Made by a program: the position numbers and the translations under genes. The notes beneath the pieces are model-generated. The model saw only the letters and a program-made list of their open reading frames with translations, did not search any database and had not been told where the DNA came from. Shown here piece by piece: positions 26,229-36,159 of a stretch of DNA of 64,000 bases (within the stretch, counting starts at the first letter, position 1; every line of letters begins with the position of its first letter). Location: the IMG/VR virus record IMGVR_UViG_3300012984_000016, positions 10,306 through 74,305 of that record; one strand, written 5' to 3'. The DNA is from a virus.

Positions 26229-26816
26229 ATGAGCCTCGCGAAGATCTACACGGTGGCCAAGTGCCAGAAGGACCAGGGCGAGTGTGAGAAGTGCCACACG
26301 CCGCTGCCGAAGGGTTCGGCCTACCGCTGGTTCAAGGTCGGGTTCCGGTCCCGCTACAAGCACAAGCGGTGCATGAAGACGGAGTGCAGCCCGCGCGAGT
26401 CCGAGCGCGAGTCGTCGCTGGTCGCTGGCATCTACGCCGCTCAGGAGGGCTTCAAGCCCGACGACGCCGGGTCCGTGGACGAACTCAAGGACATGCTCAA
26501 CGACGTGGCCGAGCAGGTCCGTGAGGTCGCCTCGGCCTACTCCGAAGCCGCTGACGCCATGGGCGAGGCTGGCGAGGAGCAGCGCGAGCGCGCCGAGCAC
26601 TACGAGTCGCAGGCTGACGACGTGGAGAACACCGACCTCTCGGCCTACGAGGACGACGAGTGCGAGACCTGCAACGCCACCGGCCTGGTGGACGGCAAGA
26701 CGCCTGAGGAGCCCGCTCCCTGCCCCGAGTGCGACGGCACGGGGAAGAACCCCGACGCGCTGGACCTGGCCCGCCAGACCGCCCAGGAGGGCGTCGACGC
26801 GATCGAGATGCTGTGA
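26229..26816 (+). CDS. Zinc-finger protein with acidic helical region
   Basis: CxxC...CxxxC N-terminus; C-terminal DnaJ-like CxxCxxxG / CxxCxGxG. Confidence 0.7.
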   Translation: MSLAKIYTVAKCQKDQGECEKCHTPLPKGSAYRWFKVGFRSRYKHKRCMKTECSPRESERESSLVAGIYAAQEGFKPDDAGSVDELKDMLNDVAEQVREVASAYSEAADAMGEAGEEQRERAEHYESQADDVENTDLSAYEDDECETCNATGLVDGKTPEEPAPCPECDGTGKNPDALDLARQTAQEGVDAIEML

Positions 26817-27838
26817 AGCGCAAGGGTCAGCGTCCGGGCATCGTCAAGGACCTCCTGACGTTCAAAGCGAACCTCGCTGTGGAGTTGAAGGACGACCCCG
26901 GCGACCGCTATGCTCGGTGGTTGAACAACCCCGACAACGCCGGAGCCACCGGCACCATCGTCAACCACTACAAGTCGGGGCCCCTCGGTCTCCCGATGGA
27001 CGATGCCAAGCGCCTCATGGCCAAGTGGGCCCTGTCGCTGGAGGTCAGTGAGAACATCGCGGTCAGCCGCGACCTGTGCGACCTGATCGGCGCGGCGGGT
27101 GAGGACCTGCCGGACGACATGGTCACTCACCACCACCACCTGTTCGCAGAGCATGGGTTCGTGTGGATGGAGAAGCCGATCCAGGACGAGGTCGGCGAGC
27201 ACCCCATCGTCGCGCTGTCATGGCACAACGGGATCGGCTGGAGCAACCGTACCGCTACCCGTGGCAACGGTGGAGGCATGCTGCCGGGGATCGAGATCAA
27301 CCTGTGGACGATGGCTGAGGACATCCCCGTCCTGCTCCCGGGCGGTGCCGACTTCCTTCCGTACGGCCTGCCTTCGTTCGGTTGGATCGTGGACGGAGAG
27401 CACCGCGTTCCCAACCCTGAGTGGGACATGGACCTGCCCGCCTCGTCGCTGTCCAGGGTGTCCCGCTTCGTCATCACTATGCAGGCGTTCCTGAGGGACG
27501 AGTTGCCTGCCGTTGCGCGGTTCCCGGCCCCGAGGTCTAGCGCTGCGCTGATGCGCCGCCTGGACTGGCCTGAGCCGTCTGTGACGGTCATCGACCTCCG
27601 GAAGAGGGCCAAGCGACCGACCTTCGCCAACGACGCGGAGGAAGCCGCCTGGCACCTCCAGAACCGCCACATCGTGCGCGGCCACTGGGCCAAGCGACAC
27701 GTCGGTCCCACGCACCCCTCGCACTCCGGCGACGGGGATCAGAAGGAGACCATCTACGTGTACATCAACCCGTACATCAAGGGACCCGAGGACGCGCCGT
27801 TCATCATGTCCGAGAAGGTCAACGCTCTACGGAGGTAG
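26813..27838 (+). CDS. Hypothetical phage protein
   Basis: GTGA coupling; C-terminal HIVRGHW...INPYIKGP motif. Confidence 0.7.
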   Translation: MKRKGQRPGIVKDLLTFKANLAVELKDDPGDRYARWLNNPDNAGATGTIVNHYKSGPLGLPMDDAKRLMAKWALSLEVSENIAVSRDLCDLIGAAGEDLPDDMVTHHHHLFAEHGFVWMEKPIQDEVGEHPIVALSWHNGIGWSNRTATRGNGGGMLPGIEINLWTMAEDIPVLLPGGADFLPYGLPSFGWIVDGEHRVPNPEWDMDLPASSLSRVSRFVITMQAFLRDELPAVARFPAPRSSAALMRRLDWPEPSVTVIDLRKRAKRPTFANDAEEAAWHLQNRHIVRGHWAKRHVGPTHPSHSGDGDQKETIYVYINPYIKGPEDAPFIMSEKVNALRR

Positions 27839-27840
27839 TC

Positions 27841-28158
27841 ATGGACATCGGGACCCCGCACCCGCTGACCGCTGCACAGACCGGCACCTCGGCTCAGGTG
27901 ATCGCCGAACGGTGGCGCATCCTGGAAGCGATGGACGAGGGCGAACGCATCCGCTTCGAGCCCAACAAGCGAGGCCACGTGTGGGTGAAGAACTTCCCAC
28001 ACCCGCTGTACCCGTGGTCTCAGTACGTCCCCGGCGACACTCCCGGATCGGGCGTGTACACCAAGGTCGGTGACATGTGGACCTCGGCACGCATCGTCGA
28101 GGAGTGCGACAACCGTCAACTCGTCAGTGCGATGGACATGCCCTTCTCGACCTGGTGA
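27841..28158 (+). CDS. Hypothetical protein
   Basis: GGAGG SD. Confidence 0.65.
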   Translation: MDIGTPHPLTAAQTGTSAQVIAERWRILEAMDEGERIRFEPNKRGHVWVKNFPHPLYPWSQYVPGDTPGSGVYTKVGDMWTSARIVEECDNRQLVSAMDMPFSTW

Positions 28159-28162
28159 CAGC

Positions 28163-28210
28163 AGAGAGCCCGCTCCATGTTGCGCTGGCGAGGCGCGGAG
28201 CGGGCTCTCT
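28163..28210. terminator. Putative bidirectional terminator at convergent junction
   Basis: Perfect 14-bp inverted repeat AGAGAGCCCGCTCC/GGAGCGGGCTCTCT between convergent gene blocks. Confidence 0.65.
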
Positions 28211-28270
28211 CATGCTTGGGACCTCCAGGCGATGCTTAGTTTACCTCATCGCCGAAGGGTCACGCAGTAC

Positions 28271-28708
28271 TCAGAAGATCCAGAGGAGCAGCAGGACGAC
28301 GACGATGACGACGACGACCGTGCCGAGGATGCCGAGGTTGACCGCACCCTTGTCCTCGACGTACCACTCGTTCGGGGTCTCCGGGTCCTTGGGGTCAGGC
28401 ACCACGATGACCTGGGTGTCGGACGGCTTGGTACCGACGACAACCTTGGTCTCCTCCTGCTGGTACACGGGAGTCCTGGCGAAGCCGAGAAGGATGCCGA
28501 ACCACGGGCCGACCTTGCGCTCGGCGATCTGAGCGATGAGGTAGTACACCGCCGTCAGCAGCGCGCCGACGAACAGGATCAGGCCGTTGGCGGCGTTCTC
28601 GTCGATGACGATGTTGAAGTGCGCGGCGAGGTACGCGAGGAGCACGCCCACCACTGCGGGGACCGTGGTGCGGATCTGAGCCACCACCGCGTCGTTGAAC
28701 TGGTTCAT
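28271..28708 (-). CDS. Putative holin
   Basis: IRTTVP.VVG..L..L, YY....AE...PWFG.LLG pattern; 3 hydrophobic segments; downstream of endolysin. Confidence 0.7.
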   Translation of the reverse strand: MNQFNDAVVAQIRTTVPAVVGVLLAYLAAHFNIVIDENAANGLILFVGALLTAVYYLIAQIAERKVGPWFGILLGFARTPVYQQEETKVVVGTKPSDTQVIVVPDPKDPETPNEWYVEDKGAVNLGILGTVVVVIVVVLLLLWIF

Positions 28709-28768
28709 GTGCCTCTCCTTCAGATGGGGTTCTGCGTCCCTGTGCGCCGTTTTGGCGGCCGAACAGGC

Positions 28769-29155
28769 TTAGGTTGAGCCCGGAGGCTCGGGAGAGTCCC
28801 CGGGGAGGACCTCGAGATCCTTGGGGACCGTTCCACCCTGGATCTTGATGGCTGCCCGCAGGCGTGCGGCAACAACGATGGCGTTGTTGACAATGTCACG
28901 CAGGCGCTCGTTCTCCGACAGCACCCGGGCGAGTTCCTCGCGGCAGTCTTGGAGCAGGGACTTCTGCCGCTTGATCTCTTCGTCCTGGTCCTCGACGATC
29001 TGACGGTTGATCTCCTGGGCGCGCGTGTAGGCCCCGGCCTCGACCGAGTCCTCGTTCTGCTTGCGCGACTGGTACGCAGTGAAAACCACACCTGCCGTGA
29101 CGACAACAGCCGACACGACAGACGCAGCCCACGGCGTCACATCCCCAGAACTCAT
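28769..29155 (-). CDS. Lysis-cassette membrane-anchored coiled-coil protein
   Basis: N-terminal TM plus coiled coil. Confidence 0.6.
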   Translation of the reverse strand: MSSGDVTPWAASVVSAVVVTAGVVFTAYQSRKQNEDSVEAGAYTRAQEINRQIVEDQDEEIKRQKSLLQDCREELARVLSENERLRDIVNNAIVVAARLRAAIKIQGGTVPKDLEVLPGDSPEPPGST

Positions 29156-29562
29156 TAGCGTCCCTCAGCCTCCGGCCATCCTGCAACGATCGTGAGAAGA
29201 ATCGCACTGAAGAACCACTGCAGCGCCGAAGTCCAGGCGCGGTCGACATCGAACGTGACCCATCCGAAGAAGTACACGCACGACCACCACAGCGACATGC
29301 CCACCATCAGGGCGAAGCCCCAGGTGTCGCGGCCTGGGGGGATTCGAGCAGAGATGATGCCGCACACCCCCACAGCGACGAAGACCACGCCCCAGAAGAC
29401 CAGCGGGGCCCACCCTTCGGCGAGTTGTAGAGCGGGCACCGACTTGGTGGGAGTGAGGATGTTGCCGATGCCGGTGACGATGTACATGATGCCGAGGAGC
29501 AGGAGTACGGTCCCGCGTCGGCCCAGACCCCGTGTAATCCAGTGACTCGCTGCCGTGATCAT
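29155..29562 (-). CDS. Lysis-cassette membrane protein (4 TM)
   Basis: Four hydrophobic segments. Confidence 0.65.
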   Translation of the reverse strand: MITAASHWITRGLGRRGTVLLLLGIMYIVTGIGNILTPTKSVPALQLAEGWAPLVFWGVVFVAVGVCGIISARIPPGRDTWGFALMVGMSLWWSCVYFFGWVTFDVDRAWTSALQWFFSAILLTIVAGWPEAEGR

Positions 29563-30002
29563 GGTCGAGTTCCTCTCGCCAACGACTGAGCCGAAGCGAA
29601 GTGCGACCACGCTACAAAGCAGTAGATCGCCACAGCGGTGGGCGCAGGTGCTGGGGTATGTTGAGCGGAGGATTGGATCCAGGCGAACAAGAACATGAAC
29701 GCCCAGAACAGGTAGAACCCGCTGTTGAGAGCCAGCATGGTTCCGAGGAACATGCGCTTGGCGCGTGAGACCATCAGCCCTGTTCCGAGACAGATGATCA
29801 GAATCCCCCAGTAGCGGATCGGCATCCAGTCCCTCGCGGCGTCGTATGCAGGTGACACGAACCGCGAGGGACTGAACAGTGCGTACGCGAGCCCGATGGC
29901 CCACGACAGTGCGATCAGCCCGTTGATGTTCAACCACAGACCGACCGACACGATCTTGTCATTGTGTCGGTCGTTCTGCCACAGCGTTCTGAGACTGAGC
30001 AC
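29559..30002 (-). CDS. Lysis-cassette membrane protein (4 TM)
   Basis: Four hydrophobic segments; directly after endolysin. Confidence 0.6.
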   Translation of the reverse strand: MLSLRTLWQNDRHNDKIVSVGLWLNINGLIALSWAIGLAYALFSPSRFVSPAYDAARDWMPIRYWGILIICLGTGLMVSRAKRMFLGTMLALNSGFYLFWAFMFLFAWIQSSAQHTPAPAPTAVAIYCFVAWSHFASAQSLARGTRP

Positions 30003-30018
30003 TGGTGTGACCCTTCCG

Positions 30019-30975
30019 TCAGCCGTAGATCCAGGTCATCGGGTTACGGAGACTTCCCCCGTTGTTCCACCCGGGAACCAGGTCACGACGGTCGACGTGG
30101 GCCACGCGGCCCGTGGATCGCATGTAGCCGATGCCGCCGAAGCGGTGCATGGCCGCGACCCGCTGGTGAGAGATCTCCTGCGGGGTGTCGCAAGCCGCGC
30201 CGATCCGGTGGAGCGAACCGCGTGCCCCGCCGATGCGCGCGTTGTACGAGTCGCACCGGTAGCCGGAGACCGGGACGAACCCGCCCACCGTCTTGCGGTA
30301 CACCTCCAGGGAGGAGACCAGGGCGCGACCCACGTGCTTGCCGGAGCCCTTGACGCCCTCGCCAGCGATGCGACGGCACGAGCCGTACACGCCGCCGCAC
30401 TTGCAGCGGAACTCGCTGAACGAGAAGTTGGTGCTGAGGGTGCCGCGACCGGCCTTGCGGTTGCGCTCGGACCACAGGAGGGCCTGAGCGGTGAGCGGGC
30501 CGACGAGGCCGTCCACCTTGAGCGCGGTGCCCAGGGCCCAGAAGCCCTGGAAGTCACGAACGGACTGCTTGTAGCGCGCCGCCGTGTTGGTGCGGAAGCC
30601 CAGCCGGTTGAGGATGGTCTTCGCCTGCGAGGCGTTGATGGCAGGCTTGACACCCTTCATCGGGCCGTCGCCGCGCGGCTCCTCAGCGGCCTCAGCCAGG
30701 AAGGACGCGATGTCCTCCAGGCCCTTGGCAGCCTCGGCCTCGTAGTCGATGTCGTCCGGGGCGTCGGCCTCGTGCTCACCGGCCACCTCGACATCGGCGG
30801 TCAGGTCGTCGACGGAGGTGTCCTCCGGCTCGTCCTCGGGCTCCGACGCGGTGCTGCCGTCCTCGTTGAGAACGACCTCAGGGTCGTCGAACTCGGGCAG
30901 GTCGAGCACCCGATCGTTGTCACCGTTGTCAGGTGCTTCGAGCACCTCGACCTCCGGCTCCGGGGTGTCACTCAT
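30019..30975 (-). CDS. Endolysin: peptidoglycan-binding domain plus M15 zinc peptidase
   Basis: VRDFQ....LKVDGLVGPLT; NFSFSEFRCKC, SGYRC..YN..IGG...SLH..G.ACD, HVD. Confidence 0.85.
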   Translation of the reverse strand: MSDTPEPEVEVLEAPDNGDNDRVLDLPEFDDPEVVLNEDGSTASEPEDEPEDTSVDDLTADVEVAGEHEADAPDDIDYEAEAAKGLEDIASFLAEAAEEPRGDGPMKGVKPAINASQAKTILNRLGFRTNTAARYKQSVRDFQGFWALGTALKVDGLVGPLTAQALLWSERNRKAGRGTLSTNFSFSEFRCKCGGVYGSCRRIAGEGVKGSGKHVGRALVSSLEVYRKTVGGFVPVSGYRCDSYNARIGGARGSLHRIGAACDTPQEISHQRVAAMHRFGGIGYMRSTGRVAHVDRRDLVPGWNNGGSLRNPMTWIYG

Positions 30976-31035
30976 TTGGTACCTCCTGGGGGTTGTGGCC
31001 TTACCTCAAGCATGACTCACGCTTGGGTCAGAACG

Positions 31036-31326
31036 TCACTTCTTCTTAGCAGCAGCCGGTGCGTCGGGCTCAGCAACCAGTTCGAGACCGGGAGCCTCAC
31101 CAGGAGCCTCAGGGGCCGGGACAACGACCGGGGGGACCGCAGCCACGCCCACACCGCCCAACTTCTCCTGCATGTCCTGGATGGTCTGCTGCTGCTGCTT
31201 GATGATGTCGTGCGCTTCTTCCATGTTCGCGTCGGCCTGTGCCTTGTCGATGATGAGTTGCGTTTCCAACTCACCGATCCGGGTCTTGAATCGCTCGACC
31301 AACGAGTTGATGTTCAGTTCAGCCAT
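31036..31326 (-). CDS. Coiled-coil hypothetical protein (tail region)
   Basis: AGGAG SD; heptad-like sequence. Confidence 0.6.
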   Translation of the reverse strand: MAELNINSLVERFKTRIGELETQLIIDKAQADANMEEAHDIIKQQQQTIQDMQEKLGGVGVAAVPPVVVPAPEAPGEAPGLELVAEPDAPAAAKKK

Positions 31327-31339
31327 GGTGCTCGGACTC

Positions 31340-31960
31340 CTAGGTCTCTGGCGTGGTGTCGGCGAGGAACCTCGCAATTTTCTCGTTCAGCATGACGGCC
31401 TCACGAATCTCTCGTGAAGTCTCGTTGATGCTGGCCTTCATCGTGGCGTCCTCTGCAGTGATGCCACCCTGGCGGGTGAAGGCAGCGGCCTGGTGGAGGA
31501 CCTGATTGGACAAGGTGGGATCGGTGTCAGCGCGAGCAGCAGCCGATGCCGCCTTCCTGAACTCGTACTCGTCAGAATTCGCCAGGTGGTTGTTGGCCAC
31601 CTCTTCGGCGAACCCTTCGATGGACTGACCAGGAGCGAACGTGAGCGGCTCCCGGGTCGCGAGCCACTCGGCGTACAGCGCGTTGGCCTCGTCCACCTCG
31701 AAGTCGTACGGGTGGATGTCGTCACCGACGATGCCTCCCGTGGGTCCTCCGACAGTCTCCTCGAACTCATGGAGGACGATCTCGAGGAGGATGGCAATCT
31801 CCTCGACATCGATCCCGTACTCCAGCGCACGCCACTCCAGGGTGCCGTAGGAGATCAGGTATTGGAACTCGAACCCGTCCTCATCCCGGACACATGTGGC
31901 ATGCCAGGCCAGAGGGTTTTCAACGTCATCGACCATTGAGGTCCAAGTGAAGGTTGTCAT
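31340..31960 (-). CDS. Hypothetical tail-region protein
   Basis: TGATG coupling; TLEWRALEYGID...LLEIVLHE motif. Confidence 0.65.
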   Translation of the reverse strand: MTTFTWTSMVDDVENPLAWHATCVRDEDGFEFQYLISYGTLEWRALEYGIDVEEIAILLEIVLHEFEETVGGPTGGIVGDDIHPYDFEVDEANALYAEWLATREPLTFAPGQSIEGFAEEVANNHLANSDEYEFRKAASAAARADTDPTLSNQVLHQAAAFTRQGGITAEDATMKASINETSREIREAVMLNEKIARFLADTTPET

Positions 31961-34900
31961 CAGATCTGCCACATCCAAATGATGCTGGTGGGAGAAGCGG
32001 AACCGGTGTCGATGTTCTTCACGCGATGCTGGATCTGGGTGGTGGAGGTGGCAGGTATCCCGCTGATCACATCCTGACCGGTACGGACCGAGCACACAGC
32101 CTTCGGGACGGCAGGGAGCGTCGGACCGTAGGTGTACAGCACTGCATTGCTAGCACCAGACGACAGGCTGGCGAAGTTGTACTCGAACCACAGGAACAGA
32201 GAACGCTGACCGAAGGAGGAAGGCAGTTGGCCGTAGAAGTACATGATCGGCGAGGAGGCGTAGTACCCGATGTCCATCTGCTTGATGGCGTGGAGGTTGG
32301 TGTACTGGCTCTCGATCTGGATGAAGCCGCCGTTGTTGACGTTGCTCCGCTCCGTGGATGACATCCAGATCTGCGGCTGACCCGTGCCGGAAGTGTTGGT
32401 GCGAGCGGGCTCGATGAGCAGGTCGCCGACGCCCGTGGTGCCCGGGCCGGTGGTGCCGGAGATGTAGCCGTCCAACTGGGCCGCGTTGTAGCCACGGAAC
32501 CAGATGGTGTTGACGTACCCGCCTGTGCCGTCGATGAGCACTGCCGCACCAGACGCTGCGGTGCGGAGCATACCGCCTGTGATGACAGCACCGTCGATGC
32601 TGCCGCCAGTGATGTACGAAGCATCCATGCCGGAGGCTGTGATGGTGCCGCTCAACTGGACGTTACCGTACAGGTCGATGTCAAGGCCAGTGATGCCGCT
32701 GTAGTTGTTGTGAGCGTGGATGCCGTTGGCGTCAATAGTAGTGCCACCGTAAACACCGTCACCGACGAAGATGGAACCGGTAGCACCAACGGTGATGGTG
32801 GCGGCGTTCAGGGTGCCGGTCTTGATTGCTCCGGCGCTGAGGGTGTTGGTGGTGATCCGGTCGCCCGACATCGTGCCGAACTTGATCACGCTGGCGTCGA
32901 TGCCGGTGGCGATGATCTTGGCGGTGGTGACTGCACCGTCGGTGAGCATCAGGGACGTGGTGCGCAACTTCACCAGGCAGTCGTCGAAGTACACGATGGT
33001 GCCCGCTGCGTTGCTGTTCAGCCCCAGGCCGACGCGCAGGTAGCCGACACCCGCAGGGACCGTGGCGTTCCAGTCGACGGACTGGTACGACGTGGTGGGA
33101 GCGAACCAGCCGACCATGCCTGCGTTGATGACCCCGGCGTCTCCCGGATTGAAGTTCGGAGTCGTGCCCCAGTAGGCGAAGATCGCAGCATAGCCGCTCG
33201 CCGCTGAAGCCTTGTGGTAGGTCGAGACTCGCCACTCTTGCCCAGGGGACACCGGGATGGCGTCGGAGTAGATGACCGGGTCGCCAGACGTGCCGCGAGT
33301 GATCTTCAGACAGTTGCCACCACCGTTGCCGTTGGTGGTGTCCAGTGCCCAGGCTCCACCAGTACCGAGGACGATCCAACCAGCAGAGGAGCCCCAGTTG
33401 GCAGGCTTAGTGGGGTCCGCTGCCTGTGCATCTTCGAAGGAGCCGTTAACCAGCGCGCTGTCGGACCAGTTGGCGATGGTCAACTTCTCAGTCGTGATGG
33501 ACTTCGAAGCGATGCGACCGGCTGCCAGGGTGCCGGTGGTGATGACCGCCGCGTCCAGGGAGCCGATGATGCCCGACGCAGCGGTGATGGTGCCGGTGGC
33601 CATCTGCGTGGCGGTGATCGTACCCGCTACGATCTTGGCTGCCGTGATGCTGAGTGCAGCGATCTCGTTCGCAGTGACTGCACCAGCGGCGATCTTCGCA
33701 GTGGTGATGGCCCCGGCGATCAACTTCGGAGTCGTGATCGCGTTGTCAGCGATCTCAGTCACGGTGATCGTGTTCGGGAGGATCTCGTCGGGGCGCGGCG
33801 CGTAGGCCGTGACCATGTCGCCGAGTTCGGCCTGGATGTCCGTGACGTTGAACGTGGTGCCGATCGCCGGGTAGGACAGGGCTCCAGACCGGTTCGTGGT
33901 GAGGATCTGGACACCGACGCGGAAGGGGGAGGCGTGGCCGGTGTAGGTGTACACCAGACGGTCCCAGCCGCCCGTACAGGTGATCTCAGAGGCGTCCACG
34001 GTGGGTTCCGCCACCGAGGTGCCCGTACCCGGCGTGAGGCACCGCAGGCCGATCTTCAGGAGCAGTCCAGCCGTGCCCTTGACGTAGGCCGACACCGTCA
34101 CCTTGCTGGACCCCGGCACAGACTCGTTCAGCGGTGCGTAGGCGATGACGCCCTGAGGCACCGTGTTGCTGTTGGTGGTGACCAGGTACGAGTTGTTGGT
34201 CTGGCGACCGGTGGTAGTGTCGTACGTCACGACGCCACCGAAGTACGGAGAGTACGACAGCAGGCCAGCCTTGACGTTCGAGTTGACGACCATGTTGCCG
34301 CCACCGATGGCGACGTTCAGACCAGACGAGCCGACCAGTTGGGTCACCCATGCGCTACCCGACCAGCGGCTCGCACGGTTACCGTTGGCGGTGTCGTACC
34401 ACATGTCACCGATGTGGAGGTTGTTCGTGGCAGCCGGAGCGGTGGACTGGTAGTACGTACTGACCGTACCGTTGTCCGTGAGGGCTTCGACCACCACGAG
34501 GTCGACCTGACAGGTGCCGTCACCTGAGGCGTTGTTCAGGTACATGACCGGCGAGATGAACTTCGTGGAGGAGTGCATCTTGGCCGGGGTCTGGGCGCTG
34601 TTGCCCGTGGGGGTCGCAGTTCCGTTCGGCGAGCCCAGACCCTTGACGTAGGCGGTGAACGTGGTCCACACACCGGTAACCAGCGGGACTGCCGCCGCTG
34701 CGATGTAGTGCTGCGAGGAGATGGTGTTCGAGCCCGTGGCGTTGACGCGGGTGGTCTGGTCAGACCAGCCAGTGAGACCGAGGTACACGTTCTGCCGAGT
34801 ACCGAGCGAGTCCGCGACCGTCTGGCGCACACGGAACTTGATCCGGTACAACGTCTCCGGGTCATAGGGGACCAGGTCCTTGCGGTCACCGATGAACGAG

Positions 34901-36159
34901 TTCGTTGCACTGTGAACGGTGTTGCCGGACAGAGCGTCGGTGACCGTGACGTTGGTCAGGGTGCCAGAGGCGAAGTTCCACCGAGTCGCGTCCTGACCCG
35001 TGTCGTACAACTTCTGGTTGAGAGAGCCGACGAGGTCAAGCCCGATGTCAGCGAAGGCCGTCTTCGTCATCGAGCCCGACACCTGAGTGGAAGGGGCTGC
35101 AGAGCCGTCCACGTCGCGGGCGATGACCTTGATGTAGTACACCGTGTCGTAGGACAGCGCAGTGGCCGACCCCGGCAGAGTCTTGAGAAGATACGACGTG
35201 CCGTCGGTGACCGTGCCAACCAGGGTGGCACCGCTGGGAGTGAACCCGGAGGTGGTGGACAGGTGCACGTCGTAGGACACGATGTCAGTAGAGACGACCT
35301 CGGCCCACTTGATGTAGATGGCACCGATCAGCGACGTGACCGTGACGCCACCTACAGCCGGAGGAGCAGACCCGTCTGAAGCGAAGGTTCCGACAGCGGT
35401 GGACACCGTCGGCGTCGAGGACACCGAGGCGTTCCCCGAGGAGTCGATCGCCCGCACCCGGAAGTACCACGTCGGACCTGCTGCCAGCCCGGTGATCGAG
35501 GTGATGGTGGCGTTGACCCGCTCGGTGGTCACGCCCGAGGCGAACGTCGACGAGGTGGAGTAGTCGTACTCGTACAGACCCTTGCCGCCGACCACGTCGG
35601 GCTCGGTGTTCTCGTTCCAACTCAGGGTGATGGAGCCGATGCCCTGCGTCACAGCCACACCCGTGGGTGCTGCCGGGATGGTGGTGTCCGTGGTGGTGGT
35701 GAAGTCCTGCCAGCCCGAGGACGGGAGCGGCGCAGACAGCCTGTTCACGTTGTTGAGGGAGAACACGATGACACCGTAGGTGGCCAGCGGGTCCAGGCCC
35801 TCCACCCGGAGCGTCGTGCTCTGCTGACGGTAAATCTTCGGAGGTTGGTACACACCCGAGATCTTCTTCGCCACGCGAATCTCGTACTGCGAGGCGGAAG
35901 CGTCAGCCGGAGCGGTCCAGGTGATGGTGGCCCACAGGTTGTTCAGGTACGCGCCCGTGGTGATGCCCATCCCTGTGGGCGGGGACACCGGGGCAGCCAG
36001 TACCTGGACCGCGCCAGTGCCGGAGTCGATGGTGACAGTGGTGAAGGTGGCGTTGGCAGGAGTAGAACCGATCACTGCAGGGTTGGAGATGGCCTGTTCG
36101 AGCAGAGCGATGCGTCGCCCTTGCTCGGCGATGTCGTCCATGAACGTCGTGGCAGGCAT
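31960..36159 (-). CDS. Large tail-tip / host-specificity protein with FN3 and carbohydrate-binding-like domains
   Basis: FN3 signatures (ITWTAP, WYFRVRAID, YYIKVIARD), ITxAKIxAG repeats, LVNGSFE; position after hub protein. Confidence 0.85.
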   Translation of the reverse strand: MPATTFMDDIAEQGRRIALLEQAISNPAVIGSTPANATFTTVTIDSGTGAVQVLAAPVSPPTGMGITTGAYLNNLWATITWTAPADASASQYEIRVAKKISGVYQPPKIYRQQSTTLRVEGLDPLATYGVIVFSLNNVNRLSAPLPSSGWQDFTTTTDTTIPAAPTGVAVTQGIGSITLSWNENTEPDVVGGKGLYEYDYSTSSTFASGVTTERVNATITSITGLAAGPTWYFRVRAIDSSGNASVSSTPTVSTAVGTFASDGSAPPAVGGVTVTSLIGAIYIKWAEVVSTDIVSYDVHLSTTSGFTPSGATLVGTVTDGTSYLLKTLPGSATALSYDTVYYIKVIARDVDGSAAPSTQVSGSMTKTAFADIGLDLVGSLNQKLYDTGQDATRWNFASGTLTNVTVTDALSGNTVHSATNSFIGDRKDLVPYDPETLYRIKFRVRQTVADSLGTRQNVYLGLTGWSDQTTRVNATGSNTISSQHYIAAAAVPLVTGVWTTFTAYVKGLGSPNGTATPTGNSAQTPAKMHSSTKFISPVMYLNNASGDGTCQVDLVVVEALTDNGTVSTYYQSTAPAATNNLHIGDMWYDTANGNRASRWSGSAWVTQLVGSSGLNVAIGGGNMVVNSNVKAGLLSYSPYFGGVVTYDTTTGRQTNNSYLVTTNSNTVPQGVIAYAPLNESVPGSSKVTVSAYVKGTAGLLLKIGLRCLTPGTGTSVAEPTVDASEITCTGGWDRLVYTYTGHASPFRVGVQILTTNRSGALSYPAIGTTFNVTDIQAELGDMVTAYAPRPDEILPNTITVTEIADNAITTPKLIAGAITTAKIAAGAVTANEIAALSITAAKIVAGTITATQMATGTITAASGIIGSLDAAVITTGTLAAGRIASKSITTEKLTIANWSDSALVNGSFEDAQAADPTKPANWGSSAGWIVLGTGGAWALDTTNGNGGGNCLKITRGTSGDPVIYSDAIPVSPGQEWRVSTYHKASAASGYAAIFAYWGTTPNFNPGDAGVINAGMVGWFAPTTSYQSVDWNATVPAGVGYLRVGLGLNSNAAGTIVYFDDCLVKLRTTSLMLTDGAVTTAKIIATGIDASVIKFGTMSGDRITTNTLSAGAIKTGTLNAATITVGATGSIFVGDGVYGGTTIDANGIHAHNNYSGITGLDIDLYGNVQLSGTITASGMDASYITGGSIDGAVITGGMLRTAASGAAVLIDGTGGYVNTIWFRGYNAAQLDGYISGTTGPGTTGVGDLLIEPARTNTSGTGQPQIWMSSTERSNVNNGGFIQIESQYTNLHAIKQMDIGYYASSPIMYFYGQLPSSFGQRSLFLWFEYNFASLSSGASNAVLYTYGPTLPAVPKAVCSVRTGQDVISGIPATSTTQIQHRVKNIDTGSASPTSIIWMWQI

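Noticed and set aside
33520-33780. ITxAKIxAG repeats in the tail-tip protein as a diversity or repeat system
   Set aside because: Common structural repeat of phage tail fibres; no reverse transcriptase or template repeat seen
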